Shown: piece by piece, positions 59,491-64,000 of the stretch
How the letters are laid out: every line of letters begins with the position of its first letter
How positions within the stretch are numbered: position 1 is the stretch's first letter
NCBI GenBank assembly: GCA_016710285.1
Contig: JADJXR010000001.1
Location: 3,573,232 to 3,637,231 of the forward strand
DNA from: Chlorobiota bacterium
GTDB lineage: Bacteria > Bacteroidota > Ignavibacteria > OLB7
Length of the DNA: 64,000 bases
Reading direction: 5' to 3'
Notes under the pieces: generated by a model
Database searches by the model: none
The model's input: the letters and a program-made list of their open reading frames with translations, nothing else
What the model was told of the DNA's origin: nothing
Made by a program: the position numbers and the translations under genes

Positions 59491-62124
59491 ATGAAACGTT
59501 CTCTCTACTTCCTTGCCATCCTGATCGCCATGATCGTTTGGCCTTCGTCTTCTGGGAAGGCGCAGGTGAAGGATTCCGTCTATGTAATTGAGCAGTTGGG
59601 GCTGAATCCTTACGAGTGCTGCTACGGGTTCATCCTGCAAAGCCGCCAGCCCAAAGGGACCAAGATTGATGAGTTCCGCGTGCGGATTATTGAAGGGGAT
59701 GGCAAGTTCCTTACCGGCCAGTCCAGTTCCCCGTTTCGGTGGCTGGTGTTCCAGGATTACGACAGCGTGCGCTGGCTGACCAGCACCGCTTCGGCCGAGC
59801 TTGACAGCGGCCAGATTGCGCAAGGCTTCAACGTCTGCGCCCGCAACGTTGGCGTGTTGGTGATGGTGTGGGAGACGCGCTATCTGGAGGAGGTCCGCAG
59901 CCGCGACACCATCCGCGTTGTTTGCACGGGGCGCACCGGTTGCGACGAACCGTTCTTCCGCCCAATCCCCAGCGGATCCATTTGCGCGTTTGATGTTGAC
60001 CTTATTGCTGGCAACCCAGAGCAGCGTGTCGTCAACGATTTCCATGTTCGGGTTGCAAGCGGCGGGGTGGCATTCAACACCGCGGCGATTGCTTCGCAGG
60101 GGCGGCAGCCTGCCGGGTGGACGCGCTTCAAAACCAAAGCGGACACGCTTAGCTGGCGAACCATCAACAACGGCTTGACGCAGCCGCAGTTCGCCGAAGG
60201 GTTCCGATTCTTCTTGGATGTACAGCCCGATTCCGCAATCATCATTGAATGGTGGACAACGAACTTCGGCGAAGTTCTTTGCCGTGGGTTCGACACCTTA
60301 GTCTGCGGGCTGCAGGCGCCCGACAGCATCCAGTTCAGCCGCGTTCCGGTCAATGGAGATAGCTGTTGCTTGGACCTGCAGATGCGGAACACCCACAAAC
60401 CAAAGTCGAAGTTGAATGGCTTTGCTGTGAAGATCACCACTCCCAAAGCACGCTTTAGCGGAAGCCCAATTCCCCCAGCCGGGTGGTCAACCGCCGGGGC
60501 CAATGCCGCCGGGGACTCCATCTATTTTTCCACGGCGAACGGGCTGGCTCCCAATCTTGCAGCCTTGTTCAGGGGGGTCTGCTTCGATAACAACCTCTCC
60601 AGCACCGACACCGTGCGGTTCCAGGTGGAGACATTCAGCAGCGGGATCAGCGTCACGAAAGGGACGGGATCGCTCTACTGCCAGCGGAAGCTGGTTTTCT
60701 GCGACAGCATCAGCGCGACGGTGGATTCCACCTATCCATCGGCGGTTCGCTGCATCCGGTTTGCGGTGAACAACACCAATTCCCGAAGTGATGAGATTGA
60801 GAGAGTGGTGATGCGGTTCCGCAATGCTGGCACGCCGCGCCGGGTGGTGGCGGCATCGGGACCGGCTGGGTGGCAGGTGGCGTTCGGGGGGGATTCGGCG
60901 GTCTTCTTCGGCAACATTGTTTACCCGGGGGAACGCCTCCCTGGGTTCAGCGCGTGCTTGACGTTGGGAGACAGCACAACGAAGGACCCGCTTGGCATCT
61001 ACTGGGAGACCTCCAACACCACGCGGAGCATCTGCCGGGACACGATCAAGGTGAATGCCATTATCACCCGTGGGTGCGATAACATCAGCGCGACCGAGCT
61101 TCCGGCAACCGAGCCGCAGATTGCTTGCTTCAAGGTTTCGCTGAACGCAGCCAACCAGTTCAACAAACCGGTGACGCGGTTTACGATTGCCATCCCGGGC
61201 ACGAAGACCATCTTCACCAATGCCACAACGCCAAGCGGGTGGAAGTTGGTGGACGATGCGTTCCCATTGTTCGATCTTGATTTTGCCGACGGGAATTTGC
61301 CAATCGGCGGAACCGTGGCCACCGATGTCTGCTTTAACGTCTCGCAGCTTGGCAAGCCGCCGCTGGCAATCCCGGTGGTCTGGACAACCTACAGCGGAAC
61401 AACGCTGATCTGCCAGGACACCTTGCGAATCGCCTATCAGGGGAATCAGGTGGACCCGGTGTGTGACACGATCACCATTGCCAACACCGCAACGGACCCT
61501 GAGCAGGGGAAATGCACGTATGCGATTACCATCAAGAATCGGCACAACAATCCAACCGGTCCAATCAATGGATTCCGCGTGAAGGTTACGGGGGGGAAGG
61601 GAGGCTTTGCCGCTGCCGATGCGGCAGGGGGGGGATGGACAGCAACGGTGGGGCGTAGCGAAGTTCAGTTTAGCGGAGGAGTGATTCCTGCTGGTGAGGA
61701 ACGAAGCAGCTTCACCGTGGTGATAGATTCCAGCGACGGCAACCCGGTTCGCATCGAGGCCGTTGCCTTGACTGACGGCACCCCACGTTGCGCAACCCAG
61801 CTGACGGTTTCCTGCCAGCCGCCAACAACGGATGCTCCGTTGGCCGGCGAAGAACCCGCAGGGAAATGGCTAAGCGTCACCCCGAACCCCGTTGCCCACA
61901 CAATGGCGGTGGAATACCGCTGGCCAGCGGCTGGAAGGCTGGCCCTCCGTCTTCGCGATGCCACAGGGGCAACGGTTTTGCAGGAATCGGCGGTGGTGTT
62001 GGCTCCTGGGTCGTCATCGCGGTTGCAGCTTTCCACAACCGAACTTCCTTCCGGCATCTACTATCTCAGCCTTGACGACGGGCGCGCCCCGGCAATAACC
62101 CAGCGGGTGGTTGTGGTTCGGTAA
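59491..62124 (+). CDS. Secreted protein with four internal roughly 150-aa repeats and a T9SS C-terminal sorting domain
   Basis: Signal peptide. Repeated modules each carrying GF(R/A)VK(I/V)T...P(A/S)GW and Cys pairs. C-terminal Por tail (LSVTPNPVAHTMAVEYRW...SGIYYLSLDDG...VVVVR). Confidence 0.6.
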   Translation: MKRSLYFLAILIAMIVWPSSSGKAQVKDSVYVIEQLGLNPYECCYGFILQSRQPKGTKIDEFRVRIIEGDGKFLTGQSSSPFRWLVFQDYDSVRWLTSTASAELDSGQIAQGFNVCARNVGVLVMVWETRYLEEVRSRDTIRVVCTGRTGCDEPFFRPIPSGSICAFDVDLIAGNPEQRVVNDFHVRVASGGVAFNTAAIASQGRQPAGWTRFKTKADTLSWRTINNGLTQPQFAEGFRFFLDVQPDSAIIIEWWTTNFGEVLCRGFDTLVCGLQAPDSIQFSRVPVNGDSCCLDLQMRNTHKPKSKLNGFAVKITTPKARFSGSPIPPAGWSTAGANAAGDSIYFSTANGLAPNLAALFRGVCFDNNLSSTDTVRFQVETFSSGISVTKGTGSLYCQRKLVFCDSISATVDSTYPSAVRCIRFAVNNTNSRSDEIERVVMRFRNAGTPRRVVAASGPAGWQVAFGGDSAVFFGNIVYPGERLPGFSACLTLGDSTTKDPLGIYWETSNTTRSICRDTIKVNAIITRGCDNISATELPATEPQIACFKVSLNAANQFNKPVTRFTIAIPGTKTIFTNATTPSGWKLVDDAFPLFDLDFADGNLPIGGTVATDVCFNVSQLGKPPLAIPVVWTTYSGTTLICQDTLRIAYQGNQVDPVCDTITIANTATDPEQGKCTYAITIKNRHNNPTGPINGFRVKVTGGKGGFAAADAAGGGWTATVGRSEVQFSGGVIPAGEERSSFTVVIDSSDGNPVRIEAVALTDGTPRCATQLTVSCQPPTTDAPLAGEEPAGKWLSVTPNPVAHTMAVEYRWPAAGRLALRLRDATGATVLQESAVVLAPGSSSRLQLSTTELPSGIYYLSLDDGRAPAITQRVVVVR

Positions 62125-62144
62125 TCGTCGTGCATTGGCAGTTC

Positions 62145-62185
62145 AACGGGGCTACGGTCAGCAACCGTAGCCCCGTTGTATTGTG
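62145..62185 (+). terminator. Rho-independent terminator after the T9SS cargo gene
   Basis: AACGGGGCTACGG-TCAGCAA-CCGTAGCCCCGTT followed by a T-rich GTATTGTG. Confidence 0.5.
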
Positions 62186-62327
62186 AAGAGTTTATGTGTA
62201 CGATTCTCGGATGTTGTTGTAAAATCAAACAGCCATCAGATGAAAAAAAATCAACAGAAAACGCCGAAATTTGCTTAAAAAGAAGGATTCTGGATTGTCA
62301 AAAACTTCACCAGGGGTTAAAAAATCG

Positions 62328-62359
62328 TTGACAACAGGATTTCGGCCATAGTAGTTTTG
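62328..62359 (+). promoter_or_regulatory. Bacteroidota-type sigma-A-like promoter motif (TTG ... TAnnTTTG)
   Basis: TTGACAACAGGATTTCGGCCATAG-TAGTTTTG, with 21 nt between TTG and the -7 box. This is a motif match only. Confidence 0.2.
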
Positions 62360-62885
62360 TATGCTAAACGCACGAGCAAGAAACCACGTTAGTGGATGAT
62401 GAGGCTGGGAATTGGGGCAACTGGATATCGAATGTGTGGCTGAAGGCTTGGGGATACTGGAAGAATCCCCAATTTTTCGCGAAAATTGCAACACCGCCAT
62501 CCCATCCCTTCGTTGTTTCTTCGACTTTATCAAAATGACAGAGGCAGGATTGCGCTGCTAAATCACAGCGTACTCTTGTGAAGAATGGGGGGCTACGGCG
62601 TAGATATGGGCGATAATCAGCCACAATGGATGGCACAATGGGGAGCGAAAAGTAGTAGAACAGAAAGTCTGAGACACTTCTTTTCAAAAGCCGACAAGGT
62701 CTATACTTGGGTGGTCGAAATCCAGATTACAAGCATGGCACGGTAATTGATGTGATCTACGTGCAAGTCTTTACTGGGCTTGTTCAAGACGCACAACATC
62801 AATGGGCAATGCCAGTAGAAGAAGCGGCCCTCTGTCTCGGCAGCGTATGGCACCCATCGTAAGAAACAGACGGGAGAGCGATTAA

Positions 62886-63698
62886 GTGAACGTTTTCAAA
62901 CTGCATAGCTGGCCAACTCCTGTATTGGTTCTGCTATCACTAATGGTCGGAACAGTGGCGTTTGCCCAGACTGCTCAAACTGCTCGTTTGGGGTCGGGAA
63001 CGGAAGCACAGGCAGAGAATCCAACGTTATCAACCCAACGTTCGGGCATCCAATTGATGGGGGTTACGCCACCATCACCAGGGGTAAGCACTGCACCGAT
63101 GGTTGATATTTATGGGCACATGGGGGTTGGAACGCTGCAACCGGATATTTCCGCAGCAATTGACATTTCATCGGCTCATGCAGGGCTGCTGATCCCGCGA
63201 TTGACGCAAGCGCAACGGGACTCTATCTATCTCCCTGCAACAACCCTGCTGATCTTTAATCAGACGTCGTTCCAGTTTGAGTACAACGACAGCACGCCGG
63301 TAAACCCACATTGGGTTCCGTTTCTAAACGGGCATTCCATTATCGGGTTCAACATGATTGGAACCGGAACAAATCAAGGGCAAACCTTGAATGTGGGGAA
63401 TGGATCGGTGCTTCAGCCAACTGGCACGGGGATTGTAATTGCTAACCAAATCAATGGGGCAGGGGCGAACAAGTTTGCTGGCGCAATACCGATCCCCGAC
63501 GGAACCACGGATCTTGACATCGCATACACGGGGCTTCAAGCAAATGCAGTGGTTGTGGTCTCCATCAGCGACCCAACGTTTCCAGGGGTGGTGACAACAA
63601 CCACCGAAAAAAATCCTGGAATTGGATTTACGGTTCACTTTGCAAGCCCATACCCGGGAACAACCGGAACCCTTGATTACGTGGTGATTAACCCGTAA
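62886..63698 (+). CDS. Hypothetical secreted protein
   Basis: Signal peptide MNVFKLHSWPTPVLVLLSLMVGTVAFAQ. Thr/Gly-rich beta-type sequence. Lower GC (about 50%) than the window average. Confidence 0.35.
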   Translation: MNVFKLHSWPTPVLVLLSLMVGTVAFAQTAQTARLGSGTEAQAENPTLSTQRSGIQLMGVTPPSPGVSTAPMVDIYGHMGVGTLQPDISAAIDISSAHAGLLIPRLTQAQRDSIYLPATTLLIFNQTSFQFEYNDSTPVNPHWVPFLNGHSIIGFNMIGTGTNQGQTLNVGNGSVLQPTGTGIVIANQINGAGANKFAGAIPIPDGTTDLDIAYTGLQANAVVVVSISDPTFPGVVTTTTEKNPGIGFTVHFASPYPGTTGTLDYVVINP

Positions 63699-63732
63699 TC
63701 ATCCTTTGAAAATTCTGTGAGGTACAGGCACC

Positions 63733-63973
63733 TGAATTGGCCGTTGAGGAGCAGTCAATTCAACACAGCAACGGAAGCCTAACCGTTCGCCAAAAAATGG
63801 CACAGGGTTTGAGGAAGCCCTACCAACAAGTGCATGAGCGGTGGTAATGTTGAGGAGCATTACCACCGCCAATGCCCGACGAATCTTGGTACGCGTCGCA
63901 CAGAAAACACCAAGAATGCAAAGGGGTTTTGAGGAAGCCCCAACGCACACCGCGATTTGGTTGAGGAGCCAAA
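63733..63973. ncRNA. Candidate structured RNA: five consecutive hairpins with loops UUGAGGAG or UUUGAGGAAG (strand undetermined, runs to the window end)
   Basis: Hairpins at about 63733-63765, 63804-63821 (AGGG-TTTGAGGAAG-CCCT), 63838-63869 (GCGGTGGTAATG-TTGAGGAG-CATTACCACCGC), 63923-63941 (GGGG-TTTTGAGGAAG-CCCC) and 63956-63973 (TTTGG-TTGAGGAG-CCAAA). Confidence 0.3.
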
Positions 63974-64000
63974 CAAAGTGTGCACGACGGAACCGGTGAT

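Overview
This 64-kb window is high-GC (about 60-62%) chromosomal DNA from what looks like a Fibrobacteres-Chlorobi-Bacteroidetes-group bacterium. Two lines of evidence support that placement. Three large secreted proteins carry type-IX-secretion (Por) C-terminal sorting domains. An ECF sigma/anti-sigma pair, a Kdo transferase and a DUF3276 PUR-alpha-like protein are also present. Most of the window is densely packed housekeeping genes: secA, ribH, ribD, metG, lysC, uvrC, rlmD, ugd, kdtA, larC, a split-type metH, a thiolase, an acyl-CoA synthetase, tRNA-Lys and tRNA-Val. Several things stand out. (1) Four conserved genes each carry an apparent single-base frameshift. These are secA, a sugar-binding protein, a lipoprotein and a GT87-like membrane protein. 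Most sit in homopolymer or GC-repeat runs, which suggests sequencing or assembly errors. (2) Two families of GC-rich, hairpin-forming intergenic repeats are present. One is a roughly 118-bp unit with eight tandem copies at 50.2-51.0 kb plus dispersed copies, and it shows compensatory stem variation. The other is a roughly 299-bp composite unit in about 2.8 tandem copies at 52.0-52.9 kb, with a partial copy at 56.9-57.2 kb. (3) A 1.9-kb AT-rich island of about 38% GC at 52.9-54.8 kb lies just downstream of tRNA-Val and the repeat arrays. It carries a HigB/HigA-like toxin-antitoxin module and two unknown genes, one with a PD-(D/E)xK-like motif. This is the best candidate for an undescribed small accessory or defence module. 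(4) An orphan McrC-family nuclease gene sits divergent to a BchD/ChlD-like AAA+/vWA gene, with no McrB present. (5) A CHASE2 sensor has an unrecognised C-terminal output domain. (6) At the extreme 3' end there is a cluster of five hairpins whose loops all read UUGAGGAG or UUUGAGGAAG, which makes it a candidate structured sRNA. (7) A 3-hydroxyacyl-CoA dehydrogenase paralogue has lost its NAD-binding and catalytic motifs. No CRISPR array, rRNA, integrase or transposase was recognised.
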